Made by a program: the position numbers and the translations under genes
Source: Rhizophagus irregularis
Taxonomy: Eukaryota
DNA length: 64,000 nucleotides
Direction: 5' to 3'
Assembly: GCF_026210795.1 (NCBI RefSeq)
Contig: NC_089429.1
Span: 7,440,001-7,504,000, forward strand
Part shown: piece by piece, positions 28,480-42,719 of the stretch
How the letters are laid out: the number at the start of each line of letters is the position of its first letter
How positions within the stretch are numbered: position 1 is the stretch's first letter
Notes under the pieces: model-generated
Told to the model about the DNA's origin: nothing
What the model saw: only the letters and a program-made list of their open reading frames with translations
The model's database searches: none

Positions 28480-28629
28480 TAAATATAGCAATATAATAAA
28501 TTTATAAATTTATAATTAGCGTAAAAGTATGTAAAAATATAATAAATTTACAATTATAATGGTATAAAAATTTATTGAAATTGAATAAAGTTCTATTTGT
28601 AATTTATATAATTTTATGAAAAAATGTAT

Positions 28630-28944
28630 TTGTAACAGCCTGTTACATATCTTATTTGTAACATCCTTTTTTTATTTTTTTTTAATAATAAATTTAATAT
28701 GTGTTTCACAAATAAAATTTTTATATGCAAAATTTAATTTGGAAAACTTTTACTTAATGTATTTAAGATAGTTTCATAGACAAAATTTTAAGTTATAAGC
28801 AGTTTCTTGAAATTTTTTAAAAAATTCTTTTGTCTTAGTTACATAACTGATCTTTTGTTTTTGTTTACATTACGCCTGATCTTAAATTTTAATTGGATAA
28901 AATTGGGGGTTATTACAAATAAGACGCGTAACAGGCTGTTACAA
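28630..28944. mobile_element. MITE
   Basis: Inverted repeat ttgtaacagcctgttacatatcttatttgtaa / ttacaaataagacgcgtaacaggctgttacaa. Confidence 0.65.
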
Positions 28945-30694
28945 TTAGATTTATCCTAATTTTATTTACATATAAATTGAATCTTTATAAAATTTTGCAG
29001 CCATTTGTGGAGTAATTTGGGAACATGCTATTAAAAGAGGATATTTAGCATCGGGAATTTTTTTGGGGAGCAGATCTGTACAGATTTTCAGAAATTATAT
29101 CTGCGCAGATCTTATATCCTGGCGCAAAATATTAAAGGAAAAATCCAATAAAAAACTGCGCAAATTTTATAAATAACAAAAGTTCTGCACAGATTTTTAA
29201 ATAAAAAACCTTCAAAATACTTCAGCAATTTTTTTTAGTAAAAATCTGCGTCACAATAATACAAATTAATTTATTGCATTAATTACTAATTTGTTTATAT
29301 AATCAAAATTACTTTTTTATTATATATTAACAAGTTTACAAATACAATCAATAAAAAAAACAGTTTTGCAACATTTTTTAATTGTTTTAATAGAAAACAT
29401 TGTGAAACTGTTTTTTTAATAATAATTTTATAAAAAAAATGGTTTTCACAAACATTTTTAATTATTTTAACAAAAAACGGTGCAAAAACATTTTTTATTA
29501 GGTCTATCATTCCTTTCGTCTTTCTTCAACTTTCCATTACTCCCTTTCGTCTCCCATCATTACTCTTTTTCATCATCCCATTACTCCTTTTTGTCTCCCA
29601 TCACTGGTCATTTTTTTTTTACAATAACTTCCACTTAAAAGATCTTTTAAAAGTATGTCAAGCTCCCCTATGAAAATGACATCTTGTTTATATAAATACA
29701 CAAACAAAAATTTTTTTTTGATGAAATTTCAGTTTTTTTTTCAATGTTTTATTAATTATCTTTCAATAGTATCTTTTTAATTTTTATTAAACTCAGTGTA
29801 TTATTTTTAATATAAAATTACTATATTATACATGTTTATTTTGTTAAATAAAATTACTGTAAATATGTTTTACTTTAAAATATAATTTCACTACTCACCA
29901 TTTTGGTTATATCAAATTATTTTTTATGCATAAGTAAGGTTGTTCAGCAAGTTAAATCTACTTGTATTTTAATTTTCATAAGGCTAAGTATGATATTTAT
30001 ATAGAAAAGCATATTTTTTATAACAGTAATAACTTTTAAATTTTTCACTTTTTCGTTTACAACTTCAGAGCGTAATTACACCACTTTTGTCAAATGAAAT
30101 CGACTTTCTAAATTAATTGAAAGTTGTTCAGCAAGGTCAAAACTACTTATATATTAATTTTTATGAGTGTGGGTATAATACTTATGGAGAAAAGTGCATT
30201 TTTTATAATGGTACTAACTTCTGAATTTTTCATTTTTCTATTTACAACTTTAGAGCGTAATTACACCCCTTTGGTCAAATGAAATCGACTTTTTAAATTA
30301 ATTGAAAATTGTTCAGCAAGGTCGAAACTACCTACATATTAATTTTTATGGGTATAAGTATAATACATATGGAGAAATTTACATTTTTGTAATGGTATTA
30401 ATTTCAGATTTTTCTTTTACTGTTTATTAACTTTATTAATTGAATATTGTTAATCTACTTGTATATTATGTTTAGTTTAGCTTCACAACATATTTAAAAT
30501 TGGATTTAATAAAATATATTAATTAATAAATATATTTTATAAATTATATGTGTTATAATAAAAATTTAATTAGGTTAGAAAATTGATTTGCTTATTTTTA
30601 TATAATTTTTAAGGTTAGATATTAACAATGCTTAGCGATCATAGTAAAAACCTATGCTTAGAGCTACTAATAAAAAAAATTTTTGGGACCTTAC

Positions 30695-33682
30695 TAAGCA
30701 GCGTACAAAAAGTTTTTGTAAAAATTCCAGAAATTTTCTGGAGAAATTTAAAAATTCTGGAAATTCATTTTTTTTATCGGAATATGTGACTGGAATAAAA
30801 AAATTATACCAGAACTAATAAAATTTTTTTAGATTTTTTTTTTAGATTTGCTTGATCTTTTTTTTATTGATAATAATCCATCATGTTTTTATTACAATAC
30901 AGCTTTAAACGTCAAAAAATTAATGACATTTTAACTCAAAAAGATGAATAGAATCCTAAAAATCCTCAAGTAGATTTAAAAAATTCCAATTCTAATAAAT
31001 CATTTAAAGTTATTATTTTGCTATACCTTTTGGATACTTTTATTCTTAATTTTAATTTTATTGATAATATAATATCTAATGTTTGATCGGACTGGCCTGG
31101 AGCTGGAAGTATCATTCATAGAATATTTGTGATTATTATATAGTCCAAATATATTCTAATAAAATGGTACATAATTCAACATTTAAAAAAAAAAAAAAAA
31201 TAAATCATTTAAAGTTAAATGGTTATCAGAATTTTCTTGGTTATGTTATGATAATGATAATAAAAAAATGTTTTGTGCAATTTGTATCAAACATAAGATG
31301 AAAAATGAATTTGCTACAGAAAGAGCAGTAAATATTTCAAAAAAATCTGCAGTTAAAGAACATGTAAAATGTAAAGATCACAGTGAAGCAGAAAAACTAG
31401 AAACAGCACGTATTCAAATGGAATCTTTACAAAATCAAATTTTTTTATCTGATGCAAATGTAAGACACATTATTGTTGTAATGCGAGCTATATATTTTTT
31501 ATCAAAAAATAATTTACCACTCCGACTTTTACCTTCTATTATTACAATGATGAAAAAATCAGAAATACCAAATATTTCTGATAGATCAATTACATATACA
31601 AATGAGATTTCAAAACATGAATTTCTAATAGCAATATCTAAAACTATTGAAAATGAAATTTGGAAAGAATTATCTGATGTTGTAGCATTTGGAATAATGA
31701 TTGATGAGAGTACAGACTGATATTATGACAACTAAACATTTAGATACATATGTTTCATATGTAGCTAAACGAGGAATAGTCAAAATCCATTTTTTATGTC
31801 TTATACCTTTGACTGAATGTGATGCAGAAAGTATTACTTGTGCAATAATTGATATTTTTGAAAGAAAAGGAGTTTTATCTAAGCTTGTAGTATTTGCTTC
31901 AGATGGTGCATCAGTTATGTTAGGAAAAAATGAAGGTGTAGCAGCAAAACTTTCTAGAGTATGCACTTATTCTTTAATTGTTAATCATTGTGTAGCTCAT
32001 AAATTAGCTTTGGCATGTAAAGATGCAAGAAAAGAAATTGAGTTTTATAAGGAAGCTGAATTATTAATTAAAAAATTTATGGTTATTTCAAAAATTCATG
32101 CTCACGTATTCAACAATTAAAAGAAATTCAAGATTTTTTGGATTGTCCTATTTTAAAAATAAAGAGATTATATGAAATATGTTGGCTTGCATGGTATAAA
32201 GCTATCAAAAATATTTGTAATTCAATTCCTGCATTACTTCAAGTTTTTAAAGAAGCAAAGAATAATGAAGGGCTAGAATTATATAATAAATTAACATCTT
32301 GGAGAATATTGGCGTTTTTATATTTTTTTTATAATATTTTAGATCATGTAACGCAATTGAGTAAATTTTTACAAAAAAGAAATTTGTGATTTTTGGATAT
32401 AGATTTAATGATACAAGCCACAATTAATTCTATTCAAAAGGAATATTCAATGAATGATCAATCACAAAAATTCGAATATAATGTTCAAAGATTTATTGAT
32501 AAAACTAACCCATTTGAAAATAGCTCAATTGAATATATGGGACATAATATTTCTTTTAATAGGCGGAATTATGATGAATTCTTAATGGATATATATAGTT
32601 ATTTAACAAGCATTATTTCTGAATTACAATAACGGTTTTCTAATAGATCACTATTTGTTTCTATGAAAATATTAAATCCACAAGAATGGTCCAAAAACTT
32701 TCAAGATTTATTATACTTTGGAGATAATGAATTAAAAGACTTATTAAAATATTATGAACATCCAAATATAATATTCAATCATCAGCACTCTTTGATATTA
32801 ATAAATGTAGACAAGAATGAACAGGATTTAAAATGATTATTAGTAATAATCGATCTTCTAAAGATATAGATACAATCCTTTCCTTACTAATTCAAGATTA
32901 TAATGATATTTTTCCAAATATTATCAAATTAGTTCAATTAATATATTGTATTCTCTTTTCAAGTGTAGAGTATGAATGTGGTTTTAGTAGACAGAATCAA
33001 ATTAAAACCAAAAACAGAAATTTATTAACGACAAATACATTAGATATGATGATATGTATCTCTTTAGAAGGACCAGAAAGTTCCAAGTTTGACTATAATC
33101 ATGCTTTACTATTTGGAAATTAGAATAATCAAAAAAGACGTATTAATGTTAAAAAATAATCACATATTCCATTTTGTCAAATTTATTACTGAAATAAAAT
33201 ATTAAATCATTAAAACAATTTACTATAATGCTTTCATAATGTGTTTACTAAGCAGCCCGGTATATTCACCATTCCTTTTAAATCGAAATTACCTCAGAAA
33301 ATGTACCGTTCCTATAAAAAAATTTTAAAAAAGGTATATTATAAAATAAATATAACTATACAAGAGAAAAGAATACAAAATTTCGAAAATAAAGTTAAAC
33401 ATACCATATTTTTAAAAATTCAAAATAATTGTTCTGTCATAATATATTGTGGAGACTTACTTTTTTTGAAATTGCTTTTGCAGTTCTGCTTTTCGCATTT
33501 ATGTGGCTTAAGAAGTAAAAAAATATATATAATATATATATATATATAAATTCCGCATTTGTAAAATTTACCAGAAATCTGTTGCATCATGTCTGAAAAA
33601 TTTCTGAATTTAAAAAATATAACCAGATTTATTAGAAATCTTTCAGAAAATCTGGCAAATTTTGAATAGATTTTGTACACTA
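30695..33682 (+). mobile_element. hAT transposon (ZNF862-like clade), decayed
   Basis: 8-bp duplication gaccttac at 30687-30694 and 33683-33690; imperfect TIR (ta-agca-gcgtacaaaa / ttttgtacacta). Confidence 0.8.
31200..33160 (+). pseudogene. hAT transposase (ZNF862-like)
   Basis: TTF-like finger MFCAICIKH, IMIDESTD, FASDGASVM, NHCVAHKLALA, and dimerisation motif SSVEYECGFSRQN; many stops and frameshifts. Confidence 0.9.
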
Positions 33683-33714
33683 GACCTTACCTATATAAAT
33701 ATTTTCTGGGATCC

Positions 33715-34163
33715 TAGTTGATGAATTTACTGCGGCTGATATAATGGAAGGTAGTTATGATAAAGATAGATTTTAAACCTTTATAATAACACAAGTGGTA
33801 ATTATTTATTTATAAAAATATTTATTGTATCTTTGTTAACATAAAAAAAAAATCAATTAATTGTTTATTTTTAAGTTACTACAAATGAATCCATATCCTG
33901 GTAAAAATAATGTACTTATTATGGATAATGCTCATATTCATTATGATGAAGATTTAGTAAAATCAGTTGAAGAATTTGGGTGTAGGATACTTTATTTACC
34001 ACCGTATTCACCCAATTTAAATCCAATAGAAACTGCATTTTCAGCATTAAAAAGTTGGCTAAAAAGATATAGAGATATTGTTAATAATTGTGATGACCCT
34101 ATTTATATACTTTTCATGGCATTATCTCAAACTACTCCCAATATGGCGAAACAATATTTTTAA
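33715..34163 (+). pseudogene. C-terminal fragment of a Tc1/IS630 DDE_3 transposase
   Basis: IMDNAHIH and LPPYSPNLNPIETAFS motifs; intron ~33797-33875. Confidence 0.85.
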
Positions 34164-34670
34164 CAATCATTAATTAACATTTCATTTCATTTGTTTTTTT
34201 TTCAGGTCTATGGCTACTGGATGGGATCCTGTATAAAATTTCGAAGGTAAAACTTCAAAATTTCTTTATATTTTTTTTTTGGTTTTTAATTTAATAAAAC
34301 GTCTACTAGTAACGTTTGTTTTTTTTGTAGGGTTTTGGTTCGAAAGTAAACTTCAAAGAAAAATAAATTTTTATTTAACGAATGTTAACTAACGTTCATT
34401 TTTTTTTTATTGTAGGTTCAGGACGTTGTCAGACTCCATTTCAAAGGTAAAAAACCTTCAAAATATTTTTTTATTATTTTATTTAATGAACGTTACTAAT
34501 GCTAACATTCATTTTTTTACTTTTCGTAGATACAAGAAATCATCGAAAGGCAGGTTTCAGTTCCCTATTTCAAAGGTAAGGCTTTGAAATTTTTATTTTT
34601 TATTTTATTTTTCTTTTACTTCAATGAAACGTTTACTAACGTTTTAGCTTCTCTTTTGTAGGACCACAGC

Positions 34671-36228
34671 TAAGGATGGTACTGCAAATATGTAATTGCA
34701 GAATAATTGCGATTTACAGTATTGCGGAACATTACAGATTTTTAAATCTAAAAATCTGCAAATCTGCAAATCTGCAATTATACGCAAATCTGCAAATATT
34801 CTGCAAATTCGCAAATATTGCAAGTATCGCAATTCAATTGCGGAATATTTGCGGTACTTTGCGATATTTGCGGATTTGCAGAATGTCCGCAAAAAAAACT
34901 ATTTTTTTTAATAAAATATAATTACTACTAAAAAAACATATTTCTATTTATTAATAATAATAAAAAAAATTATTTTATATAAAAAAAAATTAAAAGAAAA
35001 TGCTGGAACCTATAATTCTGGCGTTTTAATTAAAAAAAATTTAAAAGAAAATGCCAGAACTTATAGTTCCAGCATTTTTATATAAAAAAAATTAAAAGAA
35101 AATGCCGGAAATTTAGTTCCAGCATTTTTACATAAAAAAATTAAAAGAAAACGCCAGAACTTTAGTTTCAGCGTTTTTACATGAAAAAAATTAAAAGAAA
35201 ACGCTAGAATCTATAGTTCCAACGTTTTTACATAATAAAATTAAAAGAAAATGCTGGAACCTTACTTCTGGCGTTTTTATTAAAAAAAATTAAAAGAAAA
35301 TGACGGAACTTATAGTTCCGGCATTTTTATTAAAAAAAATTAAAAGAAAACGCTGAAACTTTAGTTCTGGCATTTTTATATAAAAAAATTAAAAGAAAAC
35401 GTTGAAACCTATAATTCTGGCATTTTTATATAAAAAAAATTTAAAAGAAAACGCCAGAACCTATAGTTCTGGCATTTTTACATAAAAAAAATTTAAAAGA
35501 AAACGCCAGAACCTATAGTTTCAGCATTTTTATATAAAAAAAATTTAAAAGAAAACGCCAGAACCCATAGTCCCGGCTATACATGCTGCCCAAATTATTT
35601 TGGGATACCATAATTATAATTTGGGATGCCATAATTCATTCGGTTAATATATAATTTACTATGTAAAGTGCCAAAATAATTTGGGATGCCATAATTCATT
35701 CAGTTAATATATAATTTACTATGTAAAGTGCCAAAATAATTTGGGATGCCATAATTGAATTTGGGATTTTACTTATAATTACGGCAGTCCAAAATAATTT
35801 GGGTGGCATGTATAGTCCCGGCATTTTTACATAAAAAAAATTAAAAGAAAATGCTGGAACCCATAGTTCTGGTATTTTTATATAAAATAAATTAAAAGAA
35901 AACGTCAGAACCAATAGTTTCAGCGTTTTTATATAAATAAATTAAAAGAAAATGCCAGAACCTATAGTTCCAGTGTTTTTATATAAAAAAATTAAAAAAA
36001 AATGCCAGAACCCATAGTTCCAGCGTTTTTATTAAAAAAAATTAAAAAATATGCTGGAAGCAATAGTAGTTCTGGTATTTTTGTATAAAAAAACTATTAG
36101 TTCTGGTATTTTTTATATATAAGAAAATGCCCAAAACTGAATTGCAGAATTGCAGGTTACTAACCGCAATTCAACTCCAAAATCCGCAATATTGCAGAAT
36201 TTGAAAATCATTTGCAAACCCATCCTTA
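34671..36228. mobile_element. hAT-type non-autonomous element with an internal ~60-bp tandem array; flanks do not match
   Basis: TIR taaggatgg..tgcaaat / atttgcaaacccatcctta; tandem unit aaaaaattaaaagaaaacgccagaacctatagttctggcatttttat from ~34980 to 36110. Confidence 0.7.
35578..35814. mobile_element. hAT-type MITE nested in the tandem array
   Basis: TIR tatacatgctgcccaaattattttgg / ccaaaataatttgggtggcatgtata; 8-bp duplication gtcccggc at 35570-35577 and 35815-35822. Confidence 0.9.
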
Positions 36229-36472
36229 GCCTATATATATATTTTTTTACATTTTTTAAAACTTCTGAAATATTATTATAATCTATTCCAGTTGACTGGT
36301 TAGTTAAATTCTCTTCTGTATCAGATATAATGGTATTATCATCAGGTTCTTCATATTCCTCATGTAAATTATCAACTGGTTTTAAGGAATTTGTAAGGTT
36401 TGTAATGATGGGGAACATTTGGCTTAATGTTATATCATAGGTACTTCCAGAAAAATCTCATGTAGCTTTTTC

Positions 36473-37462
36473 AGGACCCCGGACATCACATATATAACTC
36501 ATAACTGATCTGCATGAATTTAGCACTTTTTGCTCTTGCTAAAATAGACCTAATTTGTTAAAAATCAAATTATCACATTTTAAATCTATACTAATTTGCT
36601 AAAACTCAAAATATGAGTTATAGTAAAATTTTAAATAATATAGGTTTAAATTTGCTTAATAAAATATAATTTCAGTTTATTAAAATTATTTGTAGATCGG
36701 TAAATTTAATTGTCAATTAACAATTTTTTTTTTATTAATAACAACTGACTTTTTGCCAAAAAAAGACCCTTTTTTATTTTCAGTTTTTTGCAATTATCTT
36801 GGCATCCAGTGATCTGATTCATGCAGATTATTTTTTATTTTGTAGAGCTCGATGAGGGCTACAAAACAAAAAAAAGTTCGCATAAATTGGACTACTGGAT
36901 ACCGAGATAACTGCAAAAAATGTGCTTTTTTTTTGAAATTTAGGCCAATTTGCTAAAAAGTTACTCTCTGAGTTGTATATGTAATGTCTGGGGTCCTATA
37001 TAAATCAAACTGTCAATTTTTATAATTTATAATTAAAAATATGTAGATTATAGATAAAATAATAATTAATAAAAATAATAAATTAAATATAAATAATTAT
37101 TAAAAAATAAAATGTTGCGAAACTAATCGGACGGTTTTTGGCCTGCATTATGCTTAATTTTGGCCGGAATTATACTTAATTTTGGCCAAAATATAACCCG
37201 GACCCCGAAACTAATATTTTTAAAAATATTATCTATAAAAGTTAAAAAAAAGGATAAGTTAAATTTAAAAAAAAGTACCAATTTGCTCAAATATAAAATA
37301 TGACTTTGTAAAATCAACACAATTAGTTTGCTAAAACTCATAATTATGACTATTAATTAATTTTCAATCAATTTGCTCTATCTAAAATTATGAGTTTAAC
37401 CTAATTTTGATTGAATTTGCTAAAACTCAAATGTGAGTTATATATGTGATGTCCGGGGTTCT
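36473..37462. mobile_element. Non-autonomous TIR element, AGGA termini, 8-bp duplication
   Basis: TIR aggaccccggacatcacatatataactca / tgagttatatatgtgatgtccggggttct; gctttttc at 36465-36472 and 37463-37470. Confidence 0.85.
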
Positions 37463-37606
37463 GCTTTTTCAAATGGTGCTAAAATATTACATAATTCATC
37501 CAATAATTCCCATTCATTATCCTTTAACATAAGTTTTTTTAATCTATTACTATCAGCTTTTTCTTCAGGTTTGAGAGAACATGACAAATTTATATTTAGT
37601 TGAAGT

Positions 37607-37827
37607 AGGACCCCGAAAAATACATATGGAAGTCATAAATGATCAGTAAGATTTTGGCCTAAAATAAGCAACTTTTCAGGGCCGGAATTATGATAATGCT
37701 GGCCAGTATCAAAACGGACAATAAAATTTAGGCCAGCACTATCTAAAAAAGGCAAGATTTTTATGAAAATTTAGGTTCTTTTTAAGCAAACTCAAATGTG
37801 ACCTTTTTATGTATTTTTCAGGGTCCT
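37607..37827. mobile_element. MITE, AGGA termini, 8-bp duplication
   Basis: TIR aggaccccgaaaaatacata / tatgtatttttcagggtcct; gttgaagt at 37599-37606 and 37828-37835. Confidence 0.85.
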
Positions 37828-38635
37828 GTTGAAGTACTGCATATTGAAGAAAAATGAGCCTATCCCATGCTAAATAAGAAGAGTTCCATCTTAAATAATA
37901 AAATAAAATTACATCAAATTTTAATTAAAATTATAATAATAAAATATTAAAATTTAATTGAATAGTAATTAATTAAATGTAAAAAATTTATCTAGTAGAT
38001 ATATCTTGTATTAAATGGTATGTTTCTTCATAACCAATGTCTTTTTGAACGTTAATCAGTCTTTCAATTTGTTTTTGAGTGGAAAAAAAATTGATTAATT
38101 GTTTCACACGTGATACTAAATCTTCTACAACCTTTAAACCTTTATTAATTGGCAATTGTAAGGTATAGGCAGCACAGGAGAGTTTTTTAATTGGTTCTAA
38201 ATCTCGAATGGCAGCTACTATATTAGCTCCATTATCTGCTGTTATTGATATAATCTGGCTTTCAATTTCCCATTTTTGAATAGCTTTTTTGATTACTTCA
38301 GTAATTGCTTGTGCAGTATGTGGAGTTGGAAAATAAGAAATTTCAAGCAAAACATCCATTATTTCAAAATCTTTATTGATCCAAGTTGCTGTTAAACCAA
38401 ATATCCATGTTTTGAATGAGAAGACCATAAATCAGTAGTTAAAGATATTGATTGAGCAGTTTTTAAAAGTAGCTTTAATTTATCTCTATTATACCCATAA
38501 CTACGAGCAATCATCATTCTTATTTTTTTTGCTCCAGTAACTGTGAATATTGAATCAATAATATGCATATGCTCAATATAGGCCTTATTAGTTACAGTAG
38601 AAAGTGGTTTGGTTGTTAAAAGAATCTATTGTAAT

Positions 38636-39622
38636 TAAAGATGTTAGCCGTAACTGTAATATTAAGACACAGTGTTGTATGTAATAGGTTGCAACCTATC
38701 TACATTAAAAAGCAAAAGTTGTAATGCTGTAATTAGGTTGTAATGCCATAATTAGGTTGTAATACTGTAATTAGGTCTTAATGCCGTAACTAATCCGTAA
38801 TGCCGTAATTCCGAAATTACGTATGTAATTTCGGCCAGAATTATGCACTTAATTTTAGCAGAAATTAACAAATATCCTAAAAAGGAAAGTGATGTTACAC
38901 AAAATTCAAGTGACGTTCCCACTAAAATCAATTTTTGTGGAACGGCTATCGCCAAAAAAGGAAAGATCTGCATTCCCGTTTTGGCTGAATTATGATTTTC
39001 GGCTGAAATTACATGTTTAAGTGAAATTACGTTAATTTCGGCCGGAATTATATTTCGGATTTCGGATTTCGGATTTTAGGAAATATGTGACCGTGTAATT
39101 TCAATTTTAAGGGGTAAATAATATCAATAATAATAATAATAATAATTTTTTTTTTGTAAAAAAGTTTATATGTAAATTATGCATAAAATCATCTAATTAT
39201 TAAAGATATTATGCTAATTTAATATAAATTTTTTGAAAAAAACTTAATATTTCCTACCTTCCACCCCCGACCACTCACCCCTAGAGATTTTGGTTCATTA
39301 TATAATTTTTTTCTTTACACAAACGTGTATATAAAATACAAAAAAAAACGTGACGCATCTTATGTACCCCCTAAAAATTAAAATTACACGACATATAAAC
39401 TATTGTAATTTACTTTTATAATTCATTACTTTTATTTTAAATTTTTATGCCATTAAAAATTACGACATTACAGCCTAATTATAGCATTGCGACCTAATTA
39501 CAGCATTACGACCCAATTACAGCATTACGGCTTAATTACAGTATTACGAAAAGTGTCATAACTGTAATGCTGTATGCTGTAATATTACGGCATCGGCCAA
39601 TCAATTACAGCTAACATCTTTA
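38636..39622. mobile_element. hAT-type non-autonomous element
   Basis: TIR taaagatgttagc / gctaacatcttta; duplication attgtaat / atcgtaat (7 of 8). Confidence 0.8.
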
Positions 39623-39682
39623 ATCGTAATGTAGATAATTCTTTTTCTTTTTGTCCATTAATATTGGACATAGTAGATCGAA

Positions 39683-41148
39683 TTGGCTTGCGGTTCAGTT
39701 GCTGCTGACCTTTCTGAAATTGCCAATGAAGTTTCTGCTAAAAGCGTTAATATCCCTTTCTCTTATAATTCCTATAATCCCAAGCCGTACGCCTATGTGC
39801 ACTTTTCTTCTGCTGCTACTAAGGAATCGGCCATGGTATTACTTGTGCTCTCAAATCTATTGGTCTTACTTGGCACGAACCTTCTGAAGTTTCCTCTCTT
39901 TGTCATCGTTGCGATCGCCCTGGTTGTAATCCGGATAAATGTGCTTCTTCACGCGCTCCTCAACGTCCTTCCTGTCCTTCGGTCTAGCAATGATAAATTG
40001 CGTGAATTGTATAATAAACATTTACCTCCTTCTCACCCTGCCAAACGTCATAATTGCTTTGCGCGTTCTACTAATACCGATACATCTTGGCGTCCGACGT
40101 CGCCGGTAAACGCGCTTCCTCCCACTCACGGCCTCGTCCTACATCTTCACGTCTCGCTCTCAACATAATAATCGTTGTCGTCATCATCATCCTTATCGTC
40201 CTTCTCAATCTGATTTGGATCACGACATAGCTGCAATGGATGTTCCTCCTTTAATGGATTGGCAATATATCACTGAACAAATCACTATTATACTTGAAGA
40301 AATTACTCATCTCACTGTAGGGATTGGAACCATCCAAAAAAACCTTAACCGGTTAAAAACCGGTTAACCAAGGGTCTTAACCGGTTAACCAAGGGTCTTA
40401 ACCGGTTAATAACCGGTTAATATCAAAAATATTTTAAAAACTTTTTTTACTGCAAATTGTACCAATTTTTGATTTTACTTGCATATTTAGTTATAGGAAG
40501 ATTATGTATCACTAAAATTATTATAAATAAATAGAAAAAAATTCGGCATTAAAACTTCAAGTTTAGGAACATGTGGCCGCAATTTACATGTCTCTGGGCC
40601 GCATTATATAAATCTGACTAGAATTATGGTAAATATAGTTTTAACTGATTAACCGATTTTCAAAATCCTTTAACCGGTTAACCGTCTTAACCGGTTAATT
40701 AACCGGTTAACATTAACCGGTTCCAATCCCTATCTCACTGCAGAATTTGCTCAGCTTCAACATCGTGTTAAATGGCTAGAGGATCAACATTCTTCTCCTC
40801 CTATTCCTACATCCTCGCACCCACACGCTCCTCTTCTTCGCGAGACTGATTCTTTAGATCAAGGCTGGGATAATAACGATACTCCTGATCCTAGACGTCT
40901 TAGTGACAACTGACAACCTCATAAACTTTAGTTCCCCTGCTTCCCCACCAAACGGTCCTAATTTTATCGCTCAATCATATATTCCTCTTCCCCCCTGTAT
41001 GAGTTTGATCCCTGGTCCTGCCACATCACCACAAGATCGCCTTTCCTCTCTTACTGCTACGGTTACTGAACTTACTAAAACTGTTCAACAAGGCATGGCT
41101 CAACAAAAACAATTCTTGGCTGCTCGCGACAACATGAACTCCTATTAA
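39683..41148 (+). pseudogene. LINE ORF1 remnant (RRM-like, Cys knuckle, coiled coil)
   Basis: AKSVNIP...KPYAYVHFSS (RNP1-like); CHRCDRPGCNPDKC in another frame; ends just before ORF2. Confidence 0.7.
40318..40732. mobile_element. hAT-type MITE
   Basis: TIR tagggattggaacc / ggttccaatcccta; 8-bp duplication tctcactg at 40310-40317 and 40733-40740; ttaaccgg subterminal repeats. Confidence 0.92.
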
Positions 41149-41204
41149 TTATTGAGTACCAATTATTCTCCTTTGCTACTTACGCTCTTTATCATAGTGT
41201 AGTA

Positions 41205-42719
41205 ATGATGGACAATAAAAAACATAATTTTTCTCCTCACCCTTCTCCCCTTATTAAATTTGGTCAAATTAATGTTAATGGTTTATGTTTTCCGGTTCGA
41301 CAACAACATTTACTTAATTTTTTTCTTCATTCTTCTTTTGGTGTTTTATCTTTAAATGATACCCGCCTTTCCCCTTCAAGTGCTAAATTTATTTTCAAAA
41401 ATGAACATTCCCAACATCACTTTAGGTCCTATTGGACCTGCTCATCTTCTTCTCGCCCTCATGACGGTGTTGGTATTTTGTTACATAATCCCCTTCATAA
41501 ACATGTTCAAACAATTGATCCTTGGAATGGTTGTCTTCTTAAATTGGATCTATTTTTTCATCAAACAAAAATTTCTATTATTTCTATATATTACCCCCCT
41601 TCTGGTTCTATTCATCAGCCTATTTGTAATGATCTTATTGCCAAACTTCTTTCTTGGCTCGATCATGCTCGTGCTAATAATTATTTTGTAATAATTCTCG
41701 GTGACTTCAATGTTGATGAAATCGCTCACTCTAATTATTCACCCAATCATTTTAAACTCCTTCGTTTACTTTCATCTCAGTTTTTTACTGATCATCAAGC
41801 TCATTCTTCTCTCGAGGGCCCTGATCCTACCTTTTATCATGCTAATGGATCTTCTAGACTGGATTATATCTGGTCTTCACCTGGTTTTCCTGTTCCTGGT
41901 CTTTTTTTCGCAAGTGGTTGCTTGCCCTAACCTTTTAGATCACCCTTTTACTGATCACAATGTTCTTACAACTGTTTTTGACTTTAGTTCTTGCTTGGCT
42001 ATTTTAGCTAAGTCTCGTCTTAAACAAAAAAAAGAAATGCGTACAATTTTTTCTTATACCTCTACTTCGGTTGAACAATGGAATAATTTTACTACTAAAG
42101 TGGATGATTCTCTTGGAGTATATTTGGATAGACAGTATAATTCTTATTCCGAATTTTCTTCTCTTTCTCTTGATCGTATGTGGCATGCGTTGAAAGCTGC
42201 CATACTCAGTGCTGCAATTGAAACATTACCCTTTCAAAAAGTCTCCAACATGCACCAACATTCGTACTCTCCTGAATTAACTAAACTTATTACTATTAAC
42301 AAGTTTTTAGATCGATTTTTATATCGCCTTACAACTCATCGTTTTAATCGACCTACTCAAATTTTGCAAATAACTGCTGCTTTACCTGCCCATTTAGAGA
42401 ATCTTGCATCTTTACTTCCTGATTATTCAGTTCCTATCTACTCTACAACTCCTGTATCTGAATTTAAATCGTTTTTACGATTACAAAAGAATTTAGTTTC
42501 TGCCTTTTTGTCCATTAAATTCGCCCAACATCTTACGGACTCTGTGGAATACTACACTGCTTTACGTGATGAACACTTTTCAAACTCGCTCAGCACTTTT
42601 ATTGAATCTGCCTTATCAGTAGAAAAACGTTCGATGGTTCTCGACCGCATTCTGGTTGTATTGGATTCTACTCCTACTTTATTAACGGATCCTTCGGATA
42701 TTAAACAAGCTGCTATAAC
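41205..42719 (+). pseudogene. LINE ORF2 5' part: APE endonuclease and linker
   Basis: QINVNGL, LSLNDT, HDGVGIL, IYYPP, ILGDFN, SRLDYIW, FTDH motifs. Confidence 0.92.

Larger units (their letters stand above)
36229..39680 (-). pseudogene. hAT (Ac/BED-type) transposase fragment broken by three MITEs
   Basis: SLTTDLWSS, FGLTATWI, PHTAQAI, ITADNGANI, SCAAYTLQL, QDISTR|WNSSY and FEKAT motifs in order. Confidence 0.85.
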
